The position numbers were made by a program, and so were the translations under genes. Below are positions 63,234-64,000 of a stretch of 64,000 nucleotides of DNA, in pieces; position 1 is the stretch's first letter, and each line of letters begins with the position of its first letter. Origin of the DNA: Podarcis liolepis (lineage: Eukaryota). The stretch lies in assembly GCA_965112155.1 (NCBI GenBank), contig OZ218114.1, one strand, 5' to 3'. The notes under the pieces are model-generated. The model was not told where the DNA came from, searched no databases, and was given only the letters and a program-made list of their open reading frames with translations.

Positions 63234-63947
63234 CTGAGGGAAGAAAAGTGAATGGAAATCAAGGGAGTGGGGAAGAATACCAAAGGACAACATCAGCTTT
63301 ATCCTTGCATCTCCCTAATAAATCATGCCACACCAGCTCCCTTCACTGTTGAAACACTCCAGCTGGTTTAAGAAAAGAAGAGCCCAGCAAACTGGATGCC
63401 GTAAAGCTGCCCTGTGCTGAGCTAGATTATTATTATTTATTGAATTTATATACCGTCTTATACCCGGATGGCCAATGGTCTCGCTCACTATAAAGCAGCT
63501 TCTTAAATTCCTGTTTGATGCATCGGCACAAACAAATCTCTCTCCAAGCAATTCAGCTACCACAAACATTCAAGCCAATCTGTCCATAACTTTACCAAAG
63601 TTAACAAAAAAGAAAAAGAAAAATCAAGGAAGTTTAAATAAGAAACTGCAGAACCTAGAATAAGAAATCTGACATTACTTCTCATGAAATAGTGGGTCAG
63701 ACGAGATTATAATTGAGGTTCCTTCCCTCTGCATCACAAAAGAGCTGCTGTTCATTTGAAGCTACATCAACTTTTTATGGTCATGCCTTGATGCTCCAGC
63801 AAACATTAAGGCCAAATAAAGATTTCACACCTACAGCTTCCTCTGTCAGGATGTGTTTTGCCTGTTTGACAAAAGTCCCATTTTACTGAGCTCTCATTGC
63901 GTTATTTTCCCCCCAGTATACCATAATCAGTGTGTGAGTGCAATATG

Positions 63948-64000
63948 AAGAAGAAGAAGAAGAAGAAGAAGAGTTTGGATTTGATATCCCGCTTTATCAC
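63948..64000 (-). mobile_element. (AAG)n tail and 3' end of a squamate SINE, truncated by window edge
   Basis: (gaa)n gagtttggatttgatatcccgctttatcac. Confidence 0.6.

Noticed and set aside
1-64000. CRISPR arrays, prokaryotic operons or autonomous transposase/RT ORFs
   Set aside because: Sequence is intron-rich vertebrate DNA; no repeat-spacer periodicity and no long transposase or RT ORF

Overview
Vertebrate genomic DNA, almost certainly a squamate. The SINE/CR1/hAT repeat landscape resembles lacertid lizards (inference). The window holds the conserved RNF43-HSF5-MTMR4 block, all on the minus strand. RNF43 is represented by its 5' end: a putative non-coding exon and the first coding exon (3512-3748); the rest lies left of the window. 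HSF5 is complete (6 coding exons, 2040 nt, 679 aa) with a CpG-island promoter at about 20.9-22.2 kb. The MTMR4 coding region is complete: 17 shared exons plus at least two alternative start exons, 1162 aa from the MTLPG start. I checked all exon boundaries for AG/GT and reading-frame phase by hand. Introns are filled with tRNA-derived SINEs, CR1/L2 tails, hAT and Tc1/mariner-type MITEs and microsatellites. The most interesting unexplained signals are in the 5' leaders: (i) a 48-aa uORF in the RNF43 leader beginning MGNCLS (myristoyl/palmitoyl consensus) and ending in WRRRRRRT, plus a second uORF whose stop overlaps the RNF43 ATG; (ii) a spliced, coiled-coil-like reading frame across two MTMR4 leader exons that ends overlapping the MTMR4 start; (iii) a candidate internal first exon (MWLYGICA) of MTMR4; (iv) an E2F6/E-box/MYB motif cluster at the HSF5 promoter. 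These are hypotheses from sequence only; nothing was searched or computed.
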